NCBI GenBank assembly: GCA_951406725.2
Contig: OX597837.1
Location: 14,818,001-14,882,000, forward strand
Length of the DNA stretch: 64,000 bases
Source: Octopus vulgaris
Taxonomy: Eukaryota
Direction of reading: 5' to 3'
Positions 24,818 to 38,259 of this stretch are shown here, one piece after another. Each line of letters begins with the position of its first letter. Positions within the stretch are counted from its first letter, which is position 1. Position numbers and translations under genes: made by a program. Under the pieces are notes generated by a model that was not told the DNA's origin, made no database searches, and saw only the letters and a program-made list of their open reading frames with translations.

Positions 24818-25029
24818 TACTACTTCAGAACAGTGGCCCCGGTGCGCGCACTCGCGTTGTCGCGCATCCGCACTAGTCGTGACTAGTCGATCCTACAACG
24901 ACTACCTAGCCAAGTAAATAAAACACGAAATAAATAATTTTTTTATACAAAGTAAGGATCGACTAGTCACGACTAGCTAGCGCAGCTGCGCGAGTGCGCG
25001 CACCGGGACCACTGTTCTCAAGTCGTACC
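24816..25029. mobile_element. CpG-rich MITE with long imperfect TIRs inserted in (TA)n
   Basis: Left ggtactacttcagaacagtggccccggtgcgcgcactcgcg... versus right ...cgcgagtgcgcgcaccgggaccactgttctcaagtcgtacc; AT-rich core. Confidence 0.85.
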
Positions 25030-27339
25030 ATATATATATATATATATGAAAGAATTCCATATATAGATATTTAGATTGAATGTATATATCTATCTGTCTG
25101 TCTGTATGTCTAAGGAGTGTGTGTGAGGGACAAAGAGAAACCGGGTATGTGGGAGATATATGTATGTAACGTGTATGTAGAATGTTGCTGGGAAAATATA
25201 TATAAGCTATGAAGTCGGTTTGAAAAAACTGTCTAGTGCTCGGATATCAATCTCGTGTGTGTTTATAACATTTGAAATTACCTCCTTCAATAGGCAGCGA
25301 GTATATATAATACATGTGTGTGTACTGACAGGTTCAAACGAAGATTTGCAGTGGTTTAAGGTTTTGTGACGTAACCATTTTTTCTTTCCTTTTTTGTCAC
25401 TGAATGGTCTCGACACATGGGCCAAGTCTGAGAACTTGTTTGTAGTTAAATTGACCTCAATACATATATATATGTGTGTGTGTGTATATGTATGTAGCCC
25501 GCCTTTTCGAAGTTCGACCTGTTAGAAATAGTAGCCAAATCTTTTCCAATAACACTTTATTATCTTAAAAAGAAAAATGAAAGGACACATTCAAAAATAT
25601 ATTTCTGGCTGTGAAATAAATTAAAAGAAAAAGTCTGCGATGGTTACAGCTGGAACATCTTTGCTCCTAGGTCAGCTTAATCATCCGACCCGAAGATAGA
25701 TGCCTAATCTTATCTTTAATAGTATTAAAACAACACAATCGCTCCATATGAGATTGTCTTCGACTTAGAACAAAAAACGAATTTACTGATATTCTTCAAT
25801 CTTTTCTTTTTCTACTTTGACCGGCAGTTATCAAATTACGCGGTCTTTCTTTCAAGGCCCGAAACTATGTCTACTCTGTCCAATTACTAGACTCCATAGA
25901 AAGCTCACTTGTAACAATTCAACAGGGGAACATTTATGCTTTCACTATCAACTGCTGTGTATTGACCCCCAAAATTCCATCATCTGAGTTTATTGTAGTT
26001 ACCTCCCTTGTTTTAAGAGTTTGAACACCCTTCTCCTGTGGAAGTTTTTGTCTCCTAATTACATGAATAAATTCTCTTGATTGAAGCTTTTCATCTCACC
26101 CCATTGCAAATGTTCAACCTCACAGTGCTAGAAATAGCAAGCAAATCTTCCTCATGTGTCCCAACAGTCTTAAACACAAAATTTTAAAAATAGAATAATT
26201 CAATAGATTATGTAGTTCTGCATTCACTGAAAAACCAAAAAGAGAAGAGCACGGTTGGAGTGCTGTGCGTGGCACTTTGGGCAAGGATCTTCTTCTGTAG
26301 CCCTTCGCTAACCAATTCCTTGTGAGTGAATATGGTTGGGGGAAATTATGTGGAAGCCCATCAACTATCTGTCTGTCTGTCTCTATCTGTGTGTGTATTT
26401 GTCTCTCCAACAATGCTTGACAACCAGTGTTGGTCTGTTTACATCCTCATAACTTAGTAGTTAGACAAAAGAAACCAATAGAACATGTGGCAGCCTTTAA
26501 ATAAATACTGGGGTTGATTTGTTTGACTAAAATCCTTCAAGGCTGTGCTCCAGCATGGCCACAGTCCAATGAATGAAACAAGCAAAAGATAGATAAATAA
26601 AAGAAAAGTACAATAGATGATGTAGTTCTGCATACATTGAACAAAAGATGGGATGGGCACGGTTTGGAGTGTCTTTGATCAAGGTCTTCTCAGGGTACTG
26701 ACCTTGTGTGTCGTCCATACAATTCAAAATATCGGGGATAATAGTGCTTCTGCTATTCACCCTGACCGTTGGGGCTGCATCATTCTCTCTCCCTCTCACT
26801 GCAACGACTGACACGCATGACCAGCTCTATAGTCTCTCTGCCCGTTCAACCACGACCAACAATGGCCCCTCCTTTAAAAGTCCCCAATCACTGCATTTCA
26901 AAACCATCTTCCTCTCATAATCTGACAACTTCTACCCCCACTTCTTTTCGAAACGCAACATTAAGCACATCAGTTTCACCACCATGGGGGGAAACCTACA
27001 AAGACATGGGCGCTGTCCCTTCTACTCCACCTGCAACTAATTAATAACTGCCAGTACACGTGGAGCAGGGCACTCACCCAGTTTGCTAGGAATAGCAGCT
27101 AAATCTCCTGTAGAGATTTTATTTACAAGGACTATAAAGCAAATCTGAATGACTATTATCTTCCTGTTTGCTAGTCTGTCTCAGTGTTGGTCTGTCTATG
27201 CCTGTCTGATGGTCTATCTGTGTCTGTCTATCTATCTTTTGATCTGTCTGTCTATCTATCTTTGTTAGTCTCTGTCTATCACTATCTCTTTCTATATCTA
27301 TCTATCTCATTATTTATAGCCCTGTCTGGCTTGACCATC

Positions 27340-27550
27340 TCTGTCTGTCTGTCTAGCTTGTCTATCTGTCTGTCTGTCTAGCTTGTCTGTCTGTCTGTCT
27401 AGCTTGTCTGTCTGTCTGTCTGTCTAGCTTGTCTGTCTGTCTGTCTAGCTTGTCTATCTGTCTGTCTGTCTAGCTTGTCTATCTATCTGTCTGTCTAGCT
27501 TGCCTATCTGTCTATTTTTCTAGCTTGCCTAGGTATGTCTAACTTGTCTG
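27340..27550 (+). repeat. 20/24-bp minisatellite tctagcttg(tctg)n
   Basis: Direct periodicity. Confidence 0.9.
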
Positions 27551-27755
27551 TCTCTGTCTGTTTTTTCTCTTCTTCTCTCTTTCTATGTAAATTTTTATAT
27601 CTCGTGTGTGTGTGTGTGTGTGTGTGTGTGGATGAAATCATTTCCCCTGTTGCGAACCTACTTTTACAAACATAACTTATTTTGGCTCGGTTATAAATTG
27701 CACTGATGCAAGTTACAACAGCAATTTCATGTTATTTAAGCTTCAAACAACATCC

Positions 27756-27797
<42 letters not shown>

Positions 27798-27804
27798 CAC
27801 ACAG

Positions 27805-27852
27805 TGAAAAGGGGGAAATGTCTGTGAACGCTGACCTTTTCAAGTTCTTCAG
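27805..27852 (+). CDS. 48-nt exon with possible start codon at 27818 (MSVNADLFKFF...), protein unidentified
   Basis: (CT)n tract and cacacag| acceptor at 27804; donor TTCAG|gttagt at 27852; frame EKGEMSVNADLFKFF is open. Confidence 0.5.
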
Positions 27853-28189
27853 GTTAGTCGAAAGCCATGAGAGTCTACCAGTGCCGTATTACAAACAACA
27901 GCAACACACTTGACATGAATAGGTTTTGTTGTTTTTATATCCTCGTTTCACTTCTATCCACATCACAGTTACATGATAACGATAACGATGATGATAACGA
28001 TAATGATAACGATGATGGTGATGATGTCTTTCTATTTTTTCTCATGAACCCATTTTGTGAAGCGGATCTTAGCAGGAGCTTCAAACTGCCATCGTTACAC
28101 CTGTGTCACATTAGCCATCCACTGTGGCTTCCACATGGCCACTCAATCTGCCAGAAATAACAAACAAATCTCCCTCACGTTATACTTTC

Positions 28190-28500
28190 ATGCACAACCA
28201 CTCGCACTTGCTCACAACTGCTCACAACAGCCTGCAATCACTCACAACAGCCTGCAATCACTCACAACAGCCCGCACTCGCTCACAACAGCCCGCACTCG
28301 CTCACAACTGCTCGTCCTTGCTCACAACTGCTTGTACTCACTCACAACAGCTCGCACTTGCTCACAACCACCTGCACTCGCTCACAACCACCTGCACTCA
28401 CTCACAACCACCTGCACTCGCTCACAACCACCTGCACTCACTCACAACCACCTGCACTCACTCACAACTGCTCGCACTTGCCCACAACTGCTGGCATTCA
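28190..28500 (+). repeat. 20-bp minisatellite (ctcacaaccacctgcactcg), about 15 copies
   Basis: Direct 20-nt periodicity. Confidence 0.92.
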
Positions 28501-30249
28501 CTGGACAAAATCATTTAGCTTTGGGTTTCCTGCACATATATATATATATACATGTCTTTGTGCTTGTCCCTTTCTGTCACCACTTGACAACATGTGGTGG
28601 TTTGTTTATGTCCCCATAACTGTGGATCGGCAAAAAAGATCCACAGAATAAATCCATGCATTTTCTCTCTCTCTCATTCACACTTTCCAGACATTTGTAC
28701 ATTTGTACATTACTGCATATGCTTTAAATGCACTTTTCACAAGTTGTGGTGCACCTGAGCACTGTATACAACAATTTCATTATTATTATTATTATAAATT
28801 TATTACATATCATCTTTCATTATTTTGATTTCCTTCGCCCTTTTGATGCCAACCCCTCTGAGACTGCCTCTGTTTCTCTGATACATATTTTCGGTTTTGA
28901 GGTGATCTAAATTACATATTAAAACCTTACATCAATATTTCACCATTAAATCCCATTCCAAACATCATCAGCTTAAATAATTCTTTGTAATTTTGGCACG
29001 AGGTCAGCAGTTTTGAGGGGAGGGACAAGGTGGTTACATCAGCCCCAGTTTATGACTGGTACTTAGGATGAAAGGCAAAGCTGACCTTGGATTAGATTTA
29101 AACTGGGAACAAAAATCAGGAAGACTTGCTGCCGAATATTTTGTCCAATACACTGACAACTCTGCTTGCTCCCTGCCTGAGAAATGAAATGGCTCTTGGC
29201 GGAATTTGTGCTTTGTGTGTAGAGATAGAGCCAAACATCCTATCTGATGTTTACTGACATTGCCAATTCACCAAATGCCTAAAGGTATTTTATTAAGTTC
29301 TTCATTGTTTTAAAAATTGTTTGAAACAAAAGCGGTGTACACCATTTGGAATATTTTAACAAAAGAACTGAAATTTGCTTGAAGCAATGTCATTGAAACA
29401 TTTAAAAAGCCACTTGGTCTACAGAATTGGATTGCAAAAATAATACACTTATTATTTTAGTTATAACAAGTTTAAATTTTGATCTAAAACATTTCAGATA
29501 GACAGAAAACTGTATTGTCGAGTGGCTTGTATCATCCTACTTTTGTACTTGAATAGAATATTTCAAGAGCTTTTTATAATACATGCACAGGCATGGCGGT
29601 GTGGTTAAGAAGCTCACTTTGCAACCACAGGGTTTTTGGGTTCAATCCCACTCTGTAGCACGTTGGACAAGTGTTTTCTACCAAGGCTTTGCGAGCGAAT
29701 TTGATAGACACAAACTCTTTGTGTGTGTGTATGTGAATGTCTGTGTTGGTTTCCCACCCACTGTTCGACAACCATTGTTAGTTTGTTTGTGTCCTTTGTA
29801 TCTTGGAGGTTTGACAAAAAGAAATGATAGAGTAAGTTCATGGTTCATCGTTTAACGTCCGCTTTCCATGCTAGCATGGGTTGGACGGTTTGACTGAGGG
29901 CTGGTGAACCACATGGCTGCACCAGGCTCCAATCTTGATCTGGCAGGGTTTCTACAGCTGGATGCCCTTCCTAACGCCAACCACTCCGAGAGTGTAGTGG
30001 GTGCTTTCACATGCCAGTTTTCCAGTTCTGGTCAAATCATGTAACCCATGCCAGCATGGAAAGCAGACGTTAAATGATGATGATGATGATGATAGGCAAA
30101 CAAATAAAATTTTATGAGAAACACCAGAATACTTCATCGTGGGCCCCATTGATTGCATGCAACACATCTGGATGATAGGATACAATAAACTGGAAGTTGT
30201 CAAGATAATTTATGAACACCCTGTGTATGTATGTATATATTCATGTGTA

Positions 30250-30288
<39 letters not shown>

Positions 30289-30590
30289 GTGCTTGTGTGT
30301 ATGTATATATATATGTTTGTTCTGCCGTGGTCGACTTTGCCTTTCATCCTTTCGGGGTCGATAAATTAAGTACCAGTTACGCACTGGGGTCGATGTAATT
30401 GACTTAATACCTTTGTCCTTGTTTGTCCCCTCTGTGTTTAGCCCCTTGTGAGTAGTAACGAAAATATATATATATATATATATATATATGTTTGTGTGTA
30501 CATGTGTGTGTGTGTACATATGTACATATATATGTTTGTGTGTATGTGTGTGTGTACATACATACATACTTGCATACATACACACACACA

Positions 30591-30633
<43 letters not shown>

Positions 30634-31929
30634 TCGTTTGAAAAACACTATATATATATATATATATATATATGGTGTTGTTCAAACGATGAATAGCTTT
30701 GCGTTAACCATGGTCCGTTATGTTCTCTTACTTTATTATCCTCTTATAATCATCTCATAATAATGACCTTTATGACTCGTATTACTACCTCAGTCAATCT
30801 AAATGTATATATTTGTCGTTACCTGTCATAAATAGCCTTTTTCTATTTGCAATGTGCATTTTCGTTGATTTTTCATATTTTACCCTTACATATCCACGTG
30901 TATTTTATATTTTCTTTTTGTAACATATTTCTACTATATATACACACACACACACACACACATATATATACACACACATACATACATTCCTTAGAAATCT
31001 ATTTGAGAAAGTTCTCCAGTACAGCTTTCTCATTTTTACGGCAATTAGTTTGACATGTTTTTATAACCTAGCATCTTTCAGTCACACACACATGCAGAGC
31101 TGTCTTTGAGATATATATATAATGTATGTATGTATGTATGTATGTATATATCAGTTTCACTGAGCTCTAATATTGCAGGTGCAGCCCTAATTGCAATCTA
31201 GAAAGAAATCCAAATCCAAAACGGTCACCTCCACCACAATTCTTCCAATGAACTTTATGATATTGTGGAATGGTTTGTTAGAAAATGGTGCAGTGGCAGA
31301 AGAATCCGATCAGCAGCGTTGGATAAAATGCCATTAGTAATTTTCTTACCTACAATCCTTTGAGGCTGAGTTTAAATCCTACTGAAGTCGGGTTTTGCCC
31401 TTCGTCCTTCTGACATCAATGAAGTACCAGTCAGATATTGGGGTTGATTTTATATTTCTGTAAAACTTTTTTCTTTTAAACCTTTTTGATTTATGCCAAT
31501 TGACAAGGACCACTTTCCTGGTTTCAATGGCGAATATATTCTGCACTGGGATGGGATGCCAGTCCTTCGCAGGGTTGCTCATTTCTGCCAGCTGAGTGAA
31601 CTGGAGCAACATGAAATGAAGTGTTTTGCTCAAGAACACAACACATCACCTGGTCCCGGGATTGAAACTACAATCTTATGACCATGCATCCAGCACCCTA
31701 ACCACTAAGCCACTTGCCTCCACCCTTTATGATAGAATGCTTTCCCTTTCATCCATATAGTGTCAATAAAATAAAGTACCAGTTAACTATTGGGGCTTAT
31801 GTTGTAAAACCTCCTTAATGTGAATTATAATAGAAGAGTACAATCACAATTCTACAAGGGTCCAAAATTGGGTTCCTCCAAAGGTTTTCTGGGGTAATGT
31901 ACTGGATAGGATCCTCTTCAGGTGGAACC

Positions 31930-32230
31930 ACCCCACTACTCCACATTGACAGGTAACAGCACTGATACTGTTAGAATGTTGCAGAAAGAGTCCAAGACAA
32001 ATTCTCCAAGCTGAACCAAGTTCCAGGAGACTTGAGGATAGTCCAAGAAGGAGATGGTTCGATAATATCCATAAACTCAGTTGGTCACGCTTGGGAATCT
32101 AATTGGAAAATCCAATGACAATTGCTTCTGATAGGAGGACCCTATGGAGGAGGAGGAGGTGTCTGCGGCCTCTACCCCTATGACCCTTCCAGAATTAGTT
32201 GGTAGTGAAAATGAAGGGATGGAATGTTTT
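31930..32230 (+). mobile_element. Old RTE 3' fragment
   Basis: PRQILQAEP...PRRRWFDNI...LGI...IASDR motifs. Confidence 0.65.
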
Positions 32231-32876
32231 TCTTTTCACCCTTCTGGGGGTGAATAAAATGTAATACCAGTCAGATACTGGGGTTGATTTTATATTCCTG
32301 TAAAACTAGATGTGAATTGGAATTCTAATAGAAAGGAGAAAATTGGTTTTAATAAAGTTTTGATAACCAGAGGAGTTCTCTCTCGGCTTTTGTATTCTGT
32401 GGAGTTATTTGAAAGGAGGAGGGGAGAGAGAGAGAGGGATAGCAATTATATTTGGTTATAACAAAAATATGTAATAAAAACTGAAGAATGTGGTCTGGGG
32501 TTATTAAGTGCTGGGAACTAATGATGATTGCTAAGTGTGAGACGAGAAGTAGGGCAAAAAGGGGACATACTGTGAAGTATTTTCTTGCCACCTGAGAGCT
32601 AAGGCTTTCAAAGAGACTGAAGCTGTTAGAAAGGGATTCTAAGGGGACCTTAGGGGCAGATTAACCCTTTTTCTTTTTTTTTTATTCAAACCACCTCAGA
32701 CTGATCCGTACTAAAATAATTATTTCAATTAAAATCTTGATCAAAGTTTCATTAAAAAACCGATGATATTGTGAGATTTCAGGTGAATAACACCAACTCT
32801 GTGTGTGTGTGTGTGGGGGGAGAATAAATGGAAATGAGGAATACAACACTCCAACCACTAGGCTACATGACTTCAC

Positions 32877-32916
<40 letters not shown>

Positions 32917-34894
32917 TATACCGGAGTAAACACAAATGTGAAACAAGGTGGAAAGAAGAGTACTCAAATACCAGGGGTAGAGGAATATGCTTTATTTAAA
33001 AGCAGCTTTTAAATAAAAAATATATATATATATATATATATATTACAAAATATAAAGTTATATCTTGAGATCGTTAAATTGCATTAGTTTCTAACTCACC
33101 CTTGTATATCCTAATCATCATTTAGAATCTGTTGTCCATGCTGGCATGGGTTGAACAGAGCTGGCAAGGCCAAGGGAGCTGCACCAGGCTCCAACTGTCT
33201 GTTGTGGCATGGTTTCTATGGTTGGATGCCCTTCCAAACACCAACTACCCACCCACCCAGCAGAGTGGACTGGGTTCTTAATATGTGGCACCAACATGAC
33301 TGCATTAGACATGGCACCAAATATATACACACAAACAGGTAATATAAAATATATACACCATATGTGTGTGTGTCAATAAATATGTATCACTTTGTCAACA
33401 TCAACAAGATACAGGGTGGGCCACCAAAATATCTGACATTTAAAAAAAATATTGTGTGGTAAGTAGCTTGCTAACCAACAACATGGTTCCGGGTTCAGTC
33501 CCATTGCGTGGCCCCTTGGGCAAGTGTCTTCTACTATAGCCTTGGGCTGACCAAATCCTTGTGAGAGGATTTGGTAGACGGAAACTGAAAGAAGCCTGTC
33601 GTATATATGTATATATATATATATATGTGTTTGTGTGTCTGTGTTTGTCCCCCTAGCATTGCTTGACAACCGATGCTGGTATGTTTACGTCCCCGTCACT
33701 TAGCAGTTCGGCAAAAGAGACAGATAGAATAAGTACTGGGCTTACAAAGAATAAGTCCTGGGGTCGATTAGCTCAACTAAAAGGCGGTGCTCCAGCATGG
33801 CCGCAGTCAAATGACTGAAACAAATAAGAGTAAAGAGTAAGAGTATATGCTTTATACACACTTTTGACAAGTTGTGGTGCACCTGAGCACTGTATACAAT
33901 AATTTCATTATTATTATTATTATTATATACCAATGCATAAAGTTACAGACTGTATATCAAAGTTCTGTACAGTCTCAATCCTATTAAGCATTAATTGAAG
34001 CACTGTAGGCTTGGCTCCTAATTAGTGAGGAAAGCCATGGAATTTGTATCGAGGAATCTGAGAGAATTAGAACTTAAGACCAAACTGTAACAGTTAAGAG
34101 AAGTTAACTATGATGTTGAATGCTGCCAGCTTATGACCATAAAAGTTAAGATTGTTCTAACGAAGTCTTATTAAATGCATGCATGACTTTGTATATAACT
34201 TATTTATAAGGAATACAAACAATATCAAATGGAGATAAACATTGTATTGTAATAAATCCCAAAGTGAATGACATTTTTACTAACACGGACTTTGTTCTTG
34301 TTCTCTGTATTCTTCTCCTCTGGCAGTTTTATAACTATTACACAGAAGCTCAGTGTTTATGGAATCTAATCAAAGATATTTACTCCCTCGCTCTTGCACT
34401 GATGTACATGGCCATATGTGTGTGTGTGTGTGTGTCTTCTATCTTCCAAAGTTAATCTAGGTTAAGTGGCAGAGAGTGGGAGTCTATCAAACAACATCCT
34501 CCCGGCTTCACACCAGCAGTTCTCTATTAGAGGTCTGACGCTGTGTACTTACTATCATCCTACAACTGTTCTAGATAATCTATCTGCCTAAAACAGCCCA
34601 TCTATATCTATCTATCTGTCTTTGGCTATTTATATCTATCTGATTATATATATCTGTCTATATCTGTTTATCTAGCTATCCATCCATATATGTATGTATA
34701 TATGTATGTTTATATATATATATATATAAATCATCATCATCATCATCATTTAACGTCCGCTTTCCATGCTAGCATGGGTTGGACGGTTCAACTGGGGTCT
34801 GGGGAGCCCGAAGGCTGCACCAGGCCAGTCAGATCTGGCAGTGTTTCTACAGCTGGATGCCCTTCCTAACACCAACCACTCCGAGAGTGTAGTG

Positions 34895-37270
34895 GGTGAT
34901 TTTATGTGCCACTGACACAGGTGCCAGACGAGGCTGGCGAACGGCCACGCTCGGATGGTGTTTTTATGTGCCACCGACACTGGTGCCAGACGAGGCTGGC
35001 GAACGGCCACGCTCGGATGGTGTTTTTATGTGCCACCGACACAGGTGCCAGACGAGGCTGGCGAACGGCCACGCTCGGATGGTGTTTTTATGTGCCACCG
35101 ACACAGGTGCCAGACGAGGCTGACGAACGGCCACGATCGGATGGTGTTTCTTACGTGCCCACAGCACGGAGGCCAGTCGATGCGGTACTGGCTACGGCCA
35201 CGTTCGGATGGTTTTCTTGTGTGCCACCGGCACTGGTACCACAAAGATACAAATTCCATTGATGTTCATCTATTTTGATTTGATTTGATTTGATTTGATC
35301 ACTTGTCTCAACAGGTCTTCACAAGTGTCACAAGAAGGAAGGTATGCACAGGTGGACTGACTACGTCCCAGGTAGAGGCCACGGGTTATGGCCTGACTAG
35401 TCTTGCCGGGTCTTCGGATGGTGTTTTTATGTGCCACCGACACTGGTGCCAGACGAGGCTGGCGAACGGCCACGCTCGGATGGTGTTTTTATGTGCCACC
35501 GACACAGGTGCCAGACGAGGCTGGCGAACGGCCACGCTCGGATGGTGTTTTTATGTGCCACCGACACAGGTGCCAGACGAGGCTGACGAACGGCCACGAT
35601 CGGATGGTGTTTCTTACGTGCCCACAGCACGGAGGCCAGTCGATGCGGTACTGGCTACGGCCACGTTCGGATGGTTTTCTTGTGTGCCACCGGCACTGGT
35701 ACCACAAAGATACAAATTCCATTGATGTTCATCTATTTTGATTTGATTTGATTTGATTTGATCACTTGTCTCAACAGGTCTTCACAAGTGTCACAAGAAG
35801 GAAGGTATGCACAGGTGGACTGACTACGTCCCAGGTAGAGGCCACGGGTTATGGCCTGACTAGTCTTGCCGGGTCTTCGGATGGTGTTTTTATGTGCCAC
35901 CGACACAGGTGCCAGATGAGGCTGGCGAACGGCCACGATCGGATGGTGTTTGTTATGAGCCCACAGCACAGAGGCCAGTCGATGCGGTACTGGCTACGGC
36001 CATGTTCGGATGGTTATCTTGTGTGCCACCGGCCTTGGTACCACAAAGATACAAATTCCATTGATGTTCATCTATTTTGATTTGTTTTGATTTGATCACT
36101 TGCCTCAACAGGTCTTCACAAGTGTCACAAGAAGGAAGGTATGCACAGGCGGACTGACTACGTCCCAGGTAGGGGCCACGGGTTATGGCCTGACTAGTCT
36201 TGCCGGGTCTTCAGATGGTGTTTTCATGTGCCACCGACACAGGTGCCTGATGAGGCTGGCGAACGGACATGATCGGATGGTGTTTGTTACGTGCCCACAG
36301 CACGGAGGCCAGTCGATGCGGTACTGGCTACGGCCACGTTCGGATGGTTTTCTTGTGTGCCACCGGCACTGGTACCATAAAGATACAAATTCCATTGATG
36401 TTCATCTATTTTATTTTGATTTTCACTTTCAATTGCCTCAAAAGGTCTTCACAAGTGTCACAAGAAGGAAGGTATGCACAGGTGGACTGACTACGTCCCA
36501 GGTTGGGGCCACGGATTATGGCCTGACTAGTCTTGCCGGGTCTTCGGATGGTGTTTTTATGTGCCACCGACACAGGTGCCTAGTCTTGCCGGGTCTTCGG
36601 ATGGTGTTTTTATGTGCCACCGACACAGGTGCCGGATGAGGCTGGCGAACGGCCACGATCGGATGGTGTTTGTTACGTGCCCACAGCACGGAGGCCAGTC
36701 GATGCAGTACTGGCTACGGCCACGTTCGGATGGTTTTCTTGTGTGCCACCGGTACTGGTACCACAAAGATACAAATTCCATTGATATTCATCTATTTTGA
36801 TTTGTTTTGATTTTTTTGATTTTCACTTGCCTCAACAGGTCTTCACAAGTGTCACAAGAAGGGAGGTATGCACAGGTGAACTGACTACGTCCCAGGTAGG
36901 GGCCACGGGTTATGGCCTGACTAGTCTTGCCGGGTCTTCGGATGGTGTCTTTATGTGCCACCGACACAGGTGCCAGATGAGGCTGGCGAACGGCCACGAT
37001 CAGATGGTGTTTGCTATGTGCCCACAGCACGGAGGCCAGTCGATGCGGTACTGGCTACGGCCACGTTCGGATGGTTTTCTTGTGTGCCACCGGCACTGGT
37101 AACAAAGATACAAATTCCATTGATGATCATCTATTTTATTTTGATTTTCACTTTCACTTGCCTCAACAGGTCTTCACAAGTGTCACAAGAAGGAAGGTAT
37201 GCACAGGTGGACTGACTACGTCCCAGGTAAGGGCCACGGGTTATGGCCTGACTACTCTTGCCGGGTCTTC
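34895..37270 (-). repeat. Composite tandem array in the RTE 3' UTR: about six ~334-bp units, some carrying extra ~60-bp subunits
   Basis: gtcttcacaagtgtcacaagaagg recurs at about 35314, 35777, 36111, 36445, 36839 and 37170; the subunit gccaccgacacaggtgccagacgaggctggcgaacggccacgctcggatggtgtttttatgt is repeated. Confidence 0.95.
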
Positions 37271-38259
37271 TCACGCACAGCATACTTCCATAGGTCTCGG
37301 TCTCTAGTCATTTCCTTGGTGAGACCTAAAGTTCGAAGGTCGTGCTTCACCACCTCGTCCCAGGTTTTCCTGGGTCTACCTCTTCCACAGGTTCCCTCAA
37401 CTGCTAGGGTGTAGCACTTTTGCACACAACTATCTACAGCCATTCTCGTCACATGACCATACCAGCGCAGCCGTCTCTCTTGCACACCACAATTGACGCT
37501 TCTTAGGTTCAACTTTTCTCTCAAGGTACTTACACTCTGACGATTATGAACACTGTCATTACACATCCATCGGAGCATACTGGCTTCATTTCTTGCAAGC
37601 TTACGCATATCCTCAGCAGTCACGGCCCATGTTTCACTACCATGTAGCATGGCTGTACGTACACATGCATCATACAGTCTGCCTTTTACTCTGTGCGAGA
37701 GGCCTTTTGTCACCAGCAGGGGTAAGAGCTCTCTAAACTTTGCCCAAGCTATTCTTACTCTAGCAGTTACACTTTCAGCACACCCACCCCTGCTACTGAC
37801 TTGGTCTCCTAGGTAGCGGAAGCTATCAACTACTTCTAGTTTGTCTCCCTGGAACGTGGTAGAAGTTGGTCTCTGCACATTTCCAGTGTTTATTGCTCCT
37901 GAGCATCTGCCACAGACAAAAACTATTTTCCTAGTTAGCCTTCCTTTGACATTGCTGCACCTCTTATGTGTCCATAGCTTACACTTGGTGCACCTTATAG
38001 AGTTTCTACCTACACCTTTTTTACAGATCGAGGAGGGCCATCTACCTGAAGTCGTTTGTGATTGGTCCACCTTCCTACTTATTAGGACTTTGGTTTTGGC
38101 TAGGTTGATTCTAAGGCCCTTCGATTCTAATCCTTGTTTCCACACCTGAAACTTCTCCTCCAGTTCTGATAGTGACTCAGCAATTAGAGCAAGGTCATCA
38201 GCATAGAGGAGCTCCCAGGGGCATCCTGTCTTGAATTCCTCCGTTATTGCCTGGAGGAA
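37252..38259 (-). pseudogene. C-terminal part of RTE ORF: RT (YADD at 38194-38205), PHD-like insert, thumb and RGRPRKTW tail
   Basis: Translation: ...PWELLYADDLALIAES...GLRINLAKTKVL...LEVVDSFRYLG...MLHGSETW...RLRWYGHV...GRGRPRKTW...REKTRQE*; no stops. Confidence 0.93.

Larger units (their letters stand above)
34730..38259 (-). mobile_element. 5'-truncated young RTE-clade LINE with amplified 3' UTR and (ATG)n tail, inserted in a (TA)n tract
   Basis: Open RT frame 37252-38259; 3' UTR ends in ...GGACGTTAAATGATGATG at ~34730; (TA)n on both flanks. Confidence 0.93.

Noticed and set aside
26640-27050. ORFs 26708-26920 and 26769-27044 as exons
   Set aside because: No good splice sites; looks like a decayed LINE tail but is too degenerate to call.
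28057-28651. Repetitive ORFs open in three frames
   Set aside because: A 20-bp minisatellite that lacks stops by composition; the period is not a multiple of 3.
34895-37270. CRISPR-like or repetitive-protein appearance of the 60-bp repeats and their overlapping ORFs
   Set aside because: No unique spacers and no cas genes; contiguous with the RTE 3' UTR; ORFs occur in all frames.
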